Assembly (NCBI RefSeq): GCF_006345805.1 | Contig: NC_043015.1 | Location: forward strand, 39,618,001 to 39,682,000 | DNA length: 64,000 nt | Source of the DNA: Octopus sinensis | Taxonomy: Eukaryota | Reading direction: 5' to 3' | Shown: positions 1 to 12,418 of the stretch, one piece after another | Layout of the letters: every line of letters begins with the position of its first letter | How positions within the stretch are numbered: the stretch's first letter is position 1 | Notes under the pieces: generated by a model | The model's input: the letters and a program-made list of their open reading frames with translations, nothing else | Databases searched by the model: none | What the model was told of the DNA's origin: nothing | Program-made: the position numbers and the translations under genes

Positions 1-656
1 CGTACACTAACGAACACACACACATACACACATGCACAAACACAGACGTATACTCAAACGCATGCACATGCACAAACACACATGCAAACACACACACACT
101 CACACACACACACGCACACACACATACAAATACACACTCACATGCACACATCTAATAATAGTTCAAAATATTGGGCACAAGACCAACAATTTTGGGAAGA
201 GGCTTAAATCAATTACATTGCCCCCCCACTGCCCAATTGGTACTTATTTTACTTATTTTATCAACCCTGAAAGAAAAAAAAAGGCAAAGGTGCCCTCAGC
301 AGAATTTGAACCCTGAAGCAAAGACAGACGAAATGCTCCTAAGCATTATGCCTGGTGTGCTAACGATTCTACCAGCTCGACATCTCATGCATCCATCTAA
401 TATTTGAAGCTGTTACAATAATACTAACAATCCTTTCTACTAAAGGACAAGGCCTGAAATTTTGGGGGAGGGGACTAGTTGATTATATCAACCCCAGTGT
501 TTTCCTGGTACTTAATTTATTGATCCTGAAAGGATAAAACACAAAGTTGACATTGGTGGAAATTGAACTCAGAACATAAAGTTGGATGAAATACTGCTCA
601 GCATTTTGCCCAGTGTGCTAACAATTCTGCCAGCTTGCTACCTTAGCAATAATGAT

Positions 657-900
657 AACAAGAGCACTCAGAGAGAACAAACCTCTGCCACGGCAACACC
701 CGCGTCCTCTCAATGATTAGCCAGAGATGATTTTTAAAATGAGAATATCTGAAATAAACCTGGCTGCACTCACAAACGAGAATACTAAAAGTGAACCCAA
801 CTGCTCTCAAGAATTAAGTAAAAAAAACAAAAAAAAACATGAAAAATAATCCAGAATCCTTTTCCGGTATCGGATCAATCCTAAAATCTAATCAGTTGAT
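657..900. mobile_element. Helentron-derived HINE/DINE-like element, one half
   Basis: Begins AACAAGAGCACTCAGAGAG.ACAAACCTCTGCC. Positions 780-900 are the reverse complement of about 17430-17540. Confidence 0.55.
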
Positions 901-1055
901 ATGTATAAAGAAAATAAGACAAGGTAGAAAATGCTAAAATAATTTTATCATAAAAAACATTTCAGTACCGGTTTCAGTCATTGAGACTTTTTCAACTCTA
1001 AGTATGGAAAACAATTAAATTTTGGAAAAATTAAATGAAAAGTTTTATAAAAGAA

Positions 1056-1451
1056 CCAGCAGTATCGCCCGGCGTTGCTCGGGTTTGTAAGGGAAATAAC
1101 TATATAAGCATTTTTAGAGAGTTATAGCCAAAAAATAGCAAAAAAATGCATTAAAAATGGAAAAAAAACGATGGTAAATTTTTTTTTAAATTGTTGACTC
1201 ATCGTAGACATTTTTAGAGAGTTACTTCCCTTATATAATAGCGAAAAAATGCATTAAAATGGAAAAAAATGATGGTAAATTTTTTTTTAAATCGTAGACT
1301 CATCGTAGACGCGCTAATACCCAGAAGGGCTCGATATGAATCACGACTATAAGATACCCAGTTTTGGTTACACTGCACCGCAAAATGCGGGAGTAGTTAG
1401 GAATCTAAATCGTAGGAGACAGACACACAACTTGACTTTTATATATAAAGA
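1056..1451 (-). mobile_element. Non-autonomous Helitron
   Basis: On the minus strand the 5' end is A|TCTTTATATATAAAAG, with a 3' hairpin cccgagcaacgccggg followed by CTGG|T (CTRR). It is inserted between A and T and has an internal ~100-bp direct duplication. Confidence 0.8.
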
Positions 1452-1724
1452 TATTTCCATAGTATTCAAATACAAGGGGCATTTTTCTTGTTTCTGTCTG
1501 TCTCTGTCTCTCTTGTTTACTCTTGTGGGTTCGAAGTCATTGTGAATTCTTACACACACACACACACACACTATATCTCTATATATATGTATATATATAT
1601 ATCTCTCTCTCTAATATATATCTATATAATATATACATATATATAATATATATATACATATATATATATATATACATTATATATATAATATATATACATA
1701 TTATATATTAGTTCACATATGATA

Positions 1725-1775
<51 letters not shown>

Positions 1776-1779
<4 letters not shown>

Positions 1780-2009
1780 TCTATAATTACAAACATAATT
1801 ATAATCAGGGGTCAGCTAATTGCTTTGCCATGCACCGAATTTAGAAATAGGAGTTAAAATGCCATTTCTGCTACCATAGAAAGTGTGTTACTATCTGGGA
1901 GATCTTTATGAAAGCAGAAAAGGCATATGAAATCCTATTTCTAAATTCGGTGTGTGGCAAAGCAATTAGCTGACCCCAGATTATAATTATGTTTGTAATT
2001 ATAGAATAT
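1776..2009. mobile_element. Foldback/MITE-like element with 77-bp terminal inverted repeats
   Basis: 1776-1852 versus 1933-2009 are reverse complements with 3 mismatches, and pairing continues imperfectly inward. Confidence 0.75.
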
Positions 2010-2140
2010 TTGTATAATTTTACCTGAAAAGGTGATTTTAATGTACCGAACTACTTGGTAAAATTATTAATTATTCATTAATTAACTGATTAATTATTTA
2101 ATTAATTTTACCCTTATATTATTATTGAATATTTATATTC

Positions 2141-2179
<39 letters not shown>

Positions 2180-2714
2180 TGTATATAAATATACACATAT
2201 GTATATATATATATATACATACATACATATATATATACTTATATATATACATGCATACATACATATATATATATGTATGTATGTATATATAGATATGTGT
2301 GTGTGTATACATGCTATATGTTTCTCAACGTGTGTGCATGTGTGTTACCTTTAGAAATGTTTGATAACAGACCAGAGACAGGCACCCTTAGAAGATACTT
2401 CTGTTCTGGTTGTTTTTATATAATTCCTTTCTTTCAATTTGCCATTTTCAAAAATTTGCCAGTGACCCTGACATAAGAACCCCCCAAGAAAGGGTGGATG
2501 TGATAATTTTAGCTCCTTAATCTAGCTATCAGATTACACTGGGGTGGATAAGGAAGGGCTGGGGTAGAAGGAGTGAGGGGTGTAGGTTGGAAAGTTGAAA
2601 CTATCATTTGGAAGAGTAAAAGTACAACCAAGAAATTGATGGAGGGGAAGGGGGAGATGGGAGGAGGATGGGGAATAAAGAAACTGAACAACACCTTTTA
2701 TCTCAACCCCTGTT

Positions 2715-2820
2715 GTTATCACCACCACCACCACCACCACCACCACCACCACCACCACCACCACCACACCACCATCATCATCACATCCTCATCATCATCA
2801 CCACATCATCATCATCATCA

Positions 2821-2856
<36 letters not shown>

Positions 2857-2986
2857 CCGTCATCATCATCATCAACATCATCATCACTGTCACATCATCA
2901 CCATCATCATCATCATCATATCGTCATCATCATCAACATCATTATCACTGTCATCATCAGCATCATCATCATCATCATCATCATCA

Positions 2987-3069
<83 letters not shown>

Positions 3070-3140
3070 CATCATCATCATCATCATCCATCATTATCAT
3101 CATCTCATTATCATCATCATCATCTCATCATCATCATCAG
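2715..3140. repeat. (CAC)n/(CAT)n compound microsatellite
   Basis: Direct reading. Similar triplet tracts at 23030-23140, 23620-24060, 30520-30570 and 35540-35760. Confidence 0.97.
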
Positions 3141-3407
3141 TTTGATGTTAATTGTTCAAAGTTTATCTTGTTCTTCTCTGCAATATTATTTCTGCATGGG
3201 TCTTGTAAGGCTGTGTTTAAACTGTTTTACTTCACAACCATGTAGTTCTGGGTTCAGTCCCAGTCTACAGTACCCTGTGCACATGTCTTTTACAGTAATC
3301 TCGAGTTCACCAGCTTTGCATGGAATTTGAGAGACAGATACTATGTGAAAGTTCTTTACACACACACACGTGTGTGTGTGTGTGTGCGTGTGTTGTGTAT
3401 GTATGTT

Positions 3408-3451
<44 letters not shown>

Positions 3452-3859
3452 TGTGTTGTTGTTTACCAATGTGTATAAACAAAATATGTAAACATGAGAA
3501 AGAAAACAACAAACTGGTGCTGTTTGAATGAAATCCCTTGTGATATTTGTTCTGGACCAAGTTAAGGACACTCCTGTGTCATGTGAATTTATGAGAAAAC
3601 AATGAACCAATGACTGATCCATTGGAAACGTCCACCCAACCATGGTGTTATTCATCAATTGAGATTTAAACTTTTTTTTAACCATTGAAATATTCCCTGT
3701 AATATGTCCCCTAATTGTGATTTCAAACCATCTAAACTTTGACCTTATTAGCTCAGCTTTACCTCAGGTTACTGCTGCCCACCCTCCCCAATTCCAATTA
3801 ACTAACAACCTGTAATCCTTTGGGTATTTGGGGTCTCGCTGACTATTCTATCCTTGGCA

Positions 3860-4285
3860 CTTCTGCCAGTGGCACGTGTAAAAACATTCGAGCGAGGTCA
3901 TTGCCAGTACTGCTTGACTGGCCCCTGTGCTGGTGGCACATAAAAGCACCCATTACACTCTTGGAGTGGTTGGTGTTAGGAAGGGCATCAAGCTGTAGAA
4001 ACACTGCCAGATCTGACTGGCCTGGTGCAGCCTTCGGGCTTGCCAGACCCCAGTTGAACCGTCCAACCCATGCTAGCATGGAAAGCGGACGTTAAACGAT
4101 GATGATGATGTCTCGGAGTGGTTGGCGTTAGGAAGTGCATCCAGCTGTAGAAACTCTGCCAGATCAAGACTGGAGCCTGGTGCAGCCATCTAGTTCACCA
4201 ACCCTCAGTCAAATCGTCCGACCCATGCTATCATGGAAGGCGGACGTTAAACGATGACGATGATGATGATGATGATGATGATGAT
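3860..4285 (+). mobile_element. Two head-to-tail RTE 3' UTR copies with (GAT)n tails
   Basis: Two successive '..aacccatgcta.catggaa.gcggacgttaaacgatga..' ends. Further copies lie at about 12605-12950, 14650-14860, 15695-15900, 34470-34620, 38680-39125 (minus) and 18330-18480, 24760-25110, 49670-49870 (plus). Confidence 0.8.
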
Positions 4286-5371
4286 TCATGCAAGAATACA
4301 GTGAATGACTCCATAATTACTTTCATCTGTGTCTAAGAAACGATCTGAACTCAGCACTTTTGGATTGTCACTTATGCAGTATCCTTGTTACTTAGGATGA
4401 TGATAAATTCTTCCTGGTCATGGTATATGTGTACAGCTTAGTGGACTGTTCCTACAGGAATTAAACACATGTGCCAAGGTAAGGTAACACTGCTCCTTAG
4501 ACTGGTGACAAGATAAAATTCTTTAAAATGCAGATGTACAAACCTACACCCTAACAACCCTTCAGTTTACAAATCTGCACTGAAATAACCTTTTACCTCA
4601 CAGACCTGTACCCTAACAACTGTTCTGCTTGTAGAGATGCACTCTAATAACATTTACACCCTGTATGTACAATAACAGATGCTGAGTCTCTTCTACTCTG
4701 CAGTAGTTCTATTCTAGTTCTATTACAATATTATATGTAGTATATTGTATGTACTATATTCAATATTGTATGTGGTAATATATACAATCTGTAGCCCCAT
4801 ACTTCAATTGTTCTATGCTAATACTATCTACATTGCAATACTATAGTAAATCAATGTGTATGTATAACACACACACACGTATATATGCAGTATGTAGTAC
4901 CATACTGTAGTTCTATGCTATGATGTACACAATATACAGTACTATATTTATAGTTCTATACTATTACATCTACAGTCTGCAGTACAACACTGTAGTTCTG
5001 TTTGTCATATCTGCACACATTTGCAGTGTGTGTGTGAGTGTGTGTATATATATATATATATATACATACACTGTACCTTATTGTGGTTCTATACCATTTA
5101 CACACTCGCTGTATTCAATGTCCTTTATTTGCTTACCAAGATATATTGGTTTGAATAAATTTTCCTCTGACATTTTACTGAATTAATTAAATTTACTTTG
5201 AGGATAACTGTGTTGAAACAACATTGGAATTGGTGAAATAGAAGAAAGGAAGGATGGACCGTAATAAATGATGTGTTTTTTCATGGTTTCTTTTGATTAA
5301 CTCATTTAGACCCTGGAATATGACTGTTATTACGGATGCATTATCTTCTTTACCAATATTTAGTATCTGTT

Positions 5372-5760
5372 AAGGCGGCAAGCTGACAGAATTGTTAGCA
5401 CACTGGGTGAAATGCTTAGTGGTATTTCATCTGCTGCTACGTTCTGAGTTCAAATTCCGCTGAGGTCGACTTTACCTTTCATCCTTTCGGGGTTGATTAA
5501 GTAAGTGCCAGTTAAGTACTGGGATCGATATAATCGACTTAATCCATTTGTCTGTCCTTGTTTGTCCTCTCTGTGTGTAGCCCCTTGTGGGTAGTAAAGA
5601 AATATATTTTGTCTGTCTTTACATTCTGAGTTCAAATTCCGCCGAGGTCGACTTTGCCTTTCATCCTTTCGGGGTCGATTAAATAAGTACCAGTTAAGTA
5701 CTGGGGTCAATGTAATCTCTTGTCTCTCCTAGTTTGTCTCCTGAGGGAAATAAAGAAATA
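5372..5760 (+). mobile_element. Family A SINE dimer
   Basis: Full copy to ..gtagtaaagaaata, then a second body starting at tattttgtctg (junction 5599-5610). Confidence 0.85.
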
Positions 5761-6434
5761 AATATTTATTATTTTTCCCTGATGTTTTTCTTTTTTTATG
5801 TAAGGAGGAGTGGAGTATAATTCTTTGATCCCTTGAAGACATTCTTTGCAGGATGATGGGATGAATGAGGCTTGCATCTGCAGAAAAATATTGGGGATGG
5901 AGTTCTTGAGGACAGCAGTTTTGGTAGGAAGGGCTGGGGGGAGGAGTGAGACACTGAGGGGTGATTAAATGAAAGATGTGTCAGGTAGGTCTAGGGTAGA
6001 GAGGGGGAGAGGTGAGAGGTGTGACACAGTGAAGGGTGAGAGGAGGAGTAAAGTCATGAATGGACGAACTGAGAAGTATGACAGAATGAGAGACGTGAGT
6101 GCATCAGGTGAATCTGGATAAAGTGAGCTTGGAGTACACTAGCTCAGAGGAACAGAGACCATTGTAGTAGTGACAAAAGAGACAACCAGAGGATAGAACA
6201 GCTCTATGAACTTGTATTGGTCTGTGAGTCATTACCAATAAATTGAATGAGTTGATTTAATTTGTGTTTATTGAATATTCAGAAAGTGAAATGGTTAAAT
6301 AAATATTAGCTCATGGTCATGAGTTCAAATCTTACTGGAGATATCCTTCTGTGGTTGATTAAGGCAATTAACCCTAATTACTACATTATACCTAAGCATA
6401 TTTTAAAAATCTGAAGATTAAAAATTGTGTTACA

Positions 6435-6853
6435 TACAAAATTAAGAGGAATGACCACTAAAGTGGACACCTAATATGCTAAACATAGACGTCAAATCGC
6501 AATTACCTATTTCTTTATTACCCACAAGGGGCTAAACATAGAAGGGACAAACAAAGACAGACATAGGTATTAAGTCGATTAGATCGACCCCAGTACGTAA
6601 CTGGTACTTAATTTATCGACCCTGAAAGGATGAAAGGCAAAGTCGACCTCAGCGGAATTTGAACTCAGAACGTAACGACAGACGAAATACGGCTATGCAT
6701 TTCGCCTGGCATGCTAATGTTTCTGCCAGCTCGCCGCCATTACCATGAAGAATGCATTCTCAAGAGAACATATTCTTCATGGTAATGGCGATTTGACGTC
6801 TATGTTTAGCATATTAGGTGTCCACTTTAGTGGTCATTCCTCTTAATTTTGTA
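6435..6853. mobile_element. Palindromic (foldback) element with 82-bp arms, interrupted by a SINE
   Basis: Left arm 6435-6507 plus 6745-6753, right arm 6772-6853, with 1 mismatch once the SINE is removed. Confidence 0.8.
6508..6738 (-). mobile_element. tRNA-derived SINE, family A, young full-length copy
   Basis: Head ggcggcgagctggcag..gagttcaaattccg (A/B box-like), core gcctttcatcctttc.gggtcgat, tail ..aagaaata. TSD ATTACC at 6502-6507 and 6739-6744. Confidence 0.9.
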
Positions 6854-7561
6854 CCTAATCTGTAGGTATCAGTCACCTGTGATGGACTAAATGTGACATA
6901 AATTCAGGACTTGTTTTTTTGTATAATAGATTGGTCAGTGTGTGTATGTGTTGGTGCATGTATGTTTGCGTATGTGTGTATCTGTGTGGGTCTGAGTGTA
7001 TTTGTGTGTCTGTGGCAGGGTTGGATTCACCATTCCTGGAAGAAAAACCTACCAATATTCTCTCCTTTTAGAATTTCATTTAACCAAAATGTCTCTCATC
7101 TATAGAGACGGCCATAAATGTCCTCAAACCACCAACACAGTCTCTATGTGGTCACCACATCAGCTAGAAATAACAGCCAAATCTCTCCCCCCTCCCCCAA
7201 ATAAAAGAAAAGGAAAGCACACATAGGATTATGTAGTCTATAATACAGTATCTATGGGATGGTCATGGTTAGATCGATTAGATCGACCCCAGTGCGTAAC
7301 TAGTACTTAATTTATCGACCCTGAAAGGATGAAAGGCAAAATTGACCTCGGCGGAATTTGAACTCAAAACGTAACGGCAGACAAAATACCTATTTGATCG
7401 TAAGTCTAGTAGAACGGTGAGGATTTTGGGTGAAACAGCAATCACCACCACCGCCACCATAATCATCATCATCGTCATTATCCTCATCATTATTATCGTC
7501 AAATATTTTTAATATTACTTGTTTCTATCTCTCTGCAGAAGGTTTTAATAAAAAATTAAAA

Positions 7562-8133
7562 AAACAAGGACGGACAAACGGACCCCAGTGCGTAACTGGT
7601 ACTTAATTTACCGACTCCGAAAGGATAAAAGGCAAAGTCGACCTTGGCGGAATTTGAACTCAGAACTTAACGGCAGACGAAATACGTATTTCTTTACTAT
7701 CCACAAGGGGCTAAAAACAGAGGGGACAAACAAGGACAGACAAACGGATTAAGTCGATTAGATTGACCCCAGTGCGTAACTGGTACTTAATTTATCGATT
7801 CCGAAAGGATGAAAGGCAAAGTCGACCTCGGCCGAATTTGAACTCAGAACGTAACGGCAGACGAAATACGGCTACGCATTTCGCCCGGCGTGCTAACATT
7901 TCTTATTTCTTTATTGCCCACAAGGGGTTAAACATAGAGGGGACAAACAAGGACAGACAAAGGGATTATGTCGATTATATCGACCCCAGTGCGTAACTGG
8001 TGCTTAATTTAACGACCTCGAAAGGATGAAAGACAAAGTCGACCTCGGCGGAATTTGAACTCGGAACGTAACGACAGACGAAGTACGGCTACGCATTTCG
8101 CCCGGCGCGCTAACATTTCTGCCAGCTCGCCCC
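7562..8133 (-). mobile_element. Head-to-tail array of three family A SINE units immediately upstream of the DOCK promoter
   Basis: Three successive near-consensus bodies with junctions near 7686 and 7900. A further partial copy lies at about 7275-7390. Confidence 0.9.
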
Positions 8134-8343
8134 TCCAAAAATAATTAAGCCATCGCTGTTAGCGCACCAGCCTTTCTTAATTGGAAAAGCAGGCAGGAGG
8201 TGTGGCCCGGTGGGAGACGACGTTAGAGTTGTCTGTCCTTGTTCGTTCTTATTATCAAAATGGCGTAAGACGGATCTCTTTCTGCCGCGACTTAAACGAC
8301 TTCCACACATTTTACATGGAGTACTTGTTTATTTAGTTTCACA
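8134..8343 (+). promoter_or_regulatory. Promoter/5' leader of the DOCK-D gene (CpG-rich, YY1-type CAAAATGGCG motif at 8256-8265)
   Basis: Unique, CpG-retaining sequence (about 8130-8760) directly upstream of the coding exon. YY1-like motif on the sense strand and ATTGG (reverse CCAAT) near 8180. The TSS is not determinable from sequence. Confidence 0.65.
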
Positions 8344-8442
8344 ATGACCGAAAGGAAATTTCGACAAGCTTTACAGAAAGTCGGATGTGCAGCGAAAGTT
8401 CGGGCAAACGTGTCTCAGGCCGTCCGAGAGAGCGTCATTTCG
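8344..8442 (+). CDS. DOCK9: First coding exon of a DOCK-D/Zizimin family guanine nucleotide exchange factor (DOCK9/10/11-like)
   Basis: ATG at 8344 (ACAATGA). Translation MTERKFRQALQKVGCAAKVRANVSQAVRESVIS resembles the DOCK9/DOCK11 N-terminus as I recall it (..[28 protein letters not shown]..). It ends at a strong phase-0 donor TCG|GTAAGC (8442/8443), where the vertebrate first exon also ends. It lies in a CpG-rich unique segment. The paralogue name is uncertain because invertebrates usually have a single DOCK-D gene. Confidence 0.85.
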
Positions 8443-8899
8443 GTAAGCAAAAAACTGTTTGTTTCACTCCCCGGAATCGATCCCCCGAGCTTCTCCTTCT
8501 CTCCCGACCACGATTCCGCCCTTATTCCCCACCGAAACTAACATACAACTACCCAACGACACTAAATAACGACCGCCTGGGACCACTCTACGTATATTTA
8601 CAGCTGTCAGTTGTTATTTTACAATATATCCATTAAAAAGAATTAAATGTTTTCTCCTCTCTTTCTCTCTTTTCGCCGGGTTCCTTACTTTCTCTTTTTC
8701 CTCCTCTTTTGCTTCGCTAAATCGAAACTTCGCCCAATTCGCAAACCTCTGCCTATTTTAGGCAATTGTTTTCCTCTGTATCTTTCGGTAAATACTTAAA
8801 GTTGTTGGATAGGTTCCTTGTCAAAATTCTTTTCTTAATTTATATAATTGGCTTTACCTCGAATATCCACTCCGTCACACTCTCACGTTCCCTACATGT

Positions 8900-9077
8900 C
8901 TTTCTAATCTATCTATCTATCTATCTATCTGTCTTTCTATCTCTGTCTTTCTATCTGTCTGTCTATCTATCTATGTCTGTCTGTCTATCTATCTGTGTCT
9001 GTCTATCTATCTATCTGTCTGTCTATCTATCTATCTCTATCTATCTATGTCTATCTATCTATGTCTATCTATCTATG

Positions 9078-9112
<35 letters not shown>

Positions 9113-9230
9113 GTCTATGTCTATCTATCTGTCTATCTGTCTATCTATCTATCTGCTTCTATATATATCTGGCTGCTACCTAGCTGTCTGTATGTTTATC
9201 TCTCCTGTGTATATGTGTGTGTATATGTAC

Positions 9231-9262
<32 letters not shown>

Positions 9263-9290
9263 TATATATATATGTACATATACACACACA
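8900..9290. repeat. (TCTA)n/(TGTC)n and (TA)n compound microsatellite
   Basis: Direct reading. Confidence 0.97.
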
Positions 9291-10146
9291 TACTTACATA
9301 CATGGGGAAGGACAGACACTAGTGTCATGTCTCGTATAACTTCCTCCCCCTCAAAAAATTGTTCGTGTTCTAAGAATGGACTGTGTTTCCATAGAACTAT
9401 ATTTAGCAACAGGACTACATACCTGGTAATGATGCTAATCTTACTTAGGTTGGCATTAGTCCACAATTGTGGAGAGCAGAGGAATTGCCAATTGGATTTA
9501 GTCGAAGACATAAAAGGCAAACTCGGTATTGGCGGGAGTTGAACCCGTAACCTCGGCCGACCAAATATTGTCAGGCATTTATTCCGTCACCTTACCATTT
9601 TGGATTTCCTGTAGATCTGTGTCATTCAGAACTGTCTCTCTAGAACCATTTGTAGCAGTGGTAGAATTGCTTCTGCTAAAATTATCCGCCACTCTAATTT
9701 AAAGACAAAACCGACACTTAAAAGTCAAGTGACTTCGGTATTTATAAACCGTCCATGCTGTCACCTCGGTTTAAAAGAAACTCTTTAACTCTGTGACATT
9801 GATGTTGCTGCTAGTGATGATGATGATGGGACTTGTTAGTCTCAGATATTTTTACACCTGCCACTTTGGAATCGCTCAACTACAACCATCTGTGTGTGTG
9901 TGCGTGTGTGTCCCACTATTAGCAATTGTCAGTTGTTCAACTGCCTACGTATTTTCTCTCTTCATTATTTGTTGTTACCTGTCCGTTATTATCAACGTCG
10001 TAGACCACACCTTAGATTGTCGTCGTTGGCGCCACCTTTATCAGCTGATCGCTTTCCTGCCAAGGGTTTCTTCACCTCGCCCCCTTATTAATTTTTCTCT
10101 TCAATTAACCTGCCAGGTTATAGCCCCGGGGCCAAATGGCATTACA

Positions 10147-10247
<101 letters not shown>

Positions 10248-11202
10248 CTAAGAACCTGTAAATCAGAAAAAAATATTCATTTGTATATTTATCAATAGAG
10301 TGGGTGTATTAATTCACCTGCTTATTGTAATAGAATAACGTACTTTTATAAGGAACACAGGAGCTGATAGGTATAAGGAAGATAAGTCAAGGTAGAAAAT
10401 GCTAAAGTAATTTTATCGTGAAGTCTATATCCGGCCGTCCTTGTCATCCGAACCCCCCAGTTGATAAATCTTACCTGTTCCTCCTCCTCCGCTTATCTGT
10501 CACCCATAGCAACCTGTTGTTTCTAATGAAAGATGATATTTGGCATCTAAAATATGTGAATGGGAAAAACCAGACACCAACCCAACCTTTATGATTAGGT
10601 GGTTGCCGTCTCGTGTATCGGGTTTCGAATCTAGCTGATACAGATTTCACCTTTGTACCCTCAGAATATCTGCACCACAGACATTCCAGCTATGACCATT
10701 CCACCTTTTTATTTGTAGTATGTATATATAGCATCCATACCTAATATAGCATTTTTTTAAAACTATGACTCTAGGTGAATTCAGCTGTTGTTTCTAGCAA
10801 GTCAAGCAACCATGTTTAGCCTCCTTCCCTACACACACACACTCACCAGTCATATATTAAGGTGAGGTGATTATTCTAGCAACAACACCTTATTTGTTTG
10901 TGTGTGTATCTCTCTGTAATTAACGATATTAACAGCCTCAAATTTTGCCTTCCTGTGTTCTGAGAGCAATAAAGATTCTTAAGACTGGATTCTGTCAAGT
11001 GGTTCTTAAACCGTTTCAGAATCTGGGCTGGACATTTTTTTTTTTTTTTTGCTGCTTCACGTGGGAGCTAGAATATATTCCTAACACAAATGTGTCGCCT
11101 CTCAAAGTTCGAATTTCCCTTTCCGCTTGTAAATGTCTCGTCTCTATATACATACATACACACACACACAACACCCACACACACACACACACACATATAT
11201 AT

Positions 11203-11235
<33 letters not shown>

Positions 11236-12379
11236 TTGAGTGAAATTCAGAGCAAATTGTGTCAGAGGAATCCTGTGTGTGTATAATATAATATATATAT
11301 ATATGAATGTGTTTGAGTGAAATTCAGAGCAAACTGTGTCAAAGGAATCCTTGTGTGTGTGTGTATATATATATTATATATATATATACACACACATACA
11401 CACTCGTACAGACAGTAGGCAGTGCTCCAATTGCCCTTGGATGTAATATGTCTTGTTTTTTAGACATAATGCTCTCGATATGTTGTTTGTAAATATATCC
11501 ACACATACACACTCACTCTTTCGGTATTGCGTGTATAAATAATCTATATCGACACACACACATACACACACTCACAATGCGTTTATAAATATATCGATAT
11601 ATTAATACTCGTTAATATAAATGTATCGATACAGATAAAATAAATTGGGCCAGGGATTAGTTATGTGAACGTTTCGAGATGGAGGGCATTATTGCGTATT
11701 GGGGATGACTTCGATAGCAGAGTACATAACAACAACAATTAATAATAATAATAATAATAAAATTAATAATGATGATGATGTATCAGTCTGTATCTACTTC
11801 CGTTCGTTGTCCATGGCATTTAAGATCAGGTTGCTAAGAGGTTTTTCCCACCTCCGCACTCTAAACGGAAGCAATATTTCGTTGCTGGTTTCATTCATTC
11901 ATCCTTGACACTGTTGGAATTTCCAGTCTCTCAGACTAGGGGGTCACACTTTGGAGTATCTGTGTTAATATTAAAATAAGAAGTCTTTAAAAAAAAAAAA
12001 ATAATAATAAAATGTTGCCCGCATTTCCTGGCTGGGAAATATCATTTGTGTGTGTGTGTGTGTGTTGTTGTTGTTGCATATATATATCCTGTGAGATTGT
12101 GTATCAGGTGCGTAATATATATGGGCGGGTTGTTTGTGATATATAAACTCTCTGTTTAAAATGTATATTTGTGTCATTGTGAATTTGTAATTGTATAGTC
12201 TTTTGACTGCGACCATGCTGCAGCACCGCCTTTTTTTCGAACAAATTGACTCCAAGACTTAGTCTTTGTAAGCCTAGTACTTATTCTATCGGTGACTTTT
12301 GTCAAGCTGCTAAGTTACAGGGACGTAAACACACCAACATCGGTTGTCAAGAGATGGTGGAGAAGGGACAAACACAGAC

Positions 12380-12418
<39 letters not shown>

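Noticed and set aside
2573-3330. Long poly-His/poly-Ser/poly-Pro ORFs
   Set aside because: These are translations of a (CAC)/(CAT) microsatellite with no splice or compositional support. The same applies to 23680-24156 and 35272-35981.
6508-6738. Naming the SINE families as published octopus OK/OR1/OR2 or V/CORE/Meta superfamilies
   Set aside because: Plausible, but I cannot verify the assignments without alignment to reference consensus sequences, so neutral labels were used.
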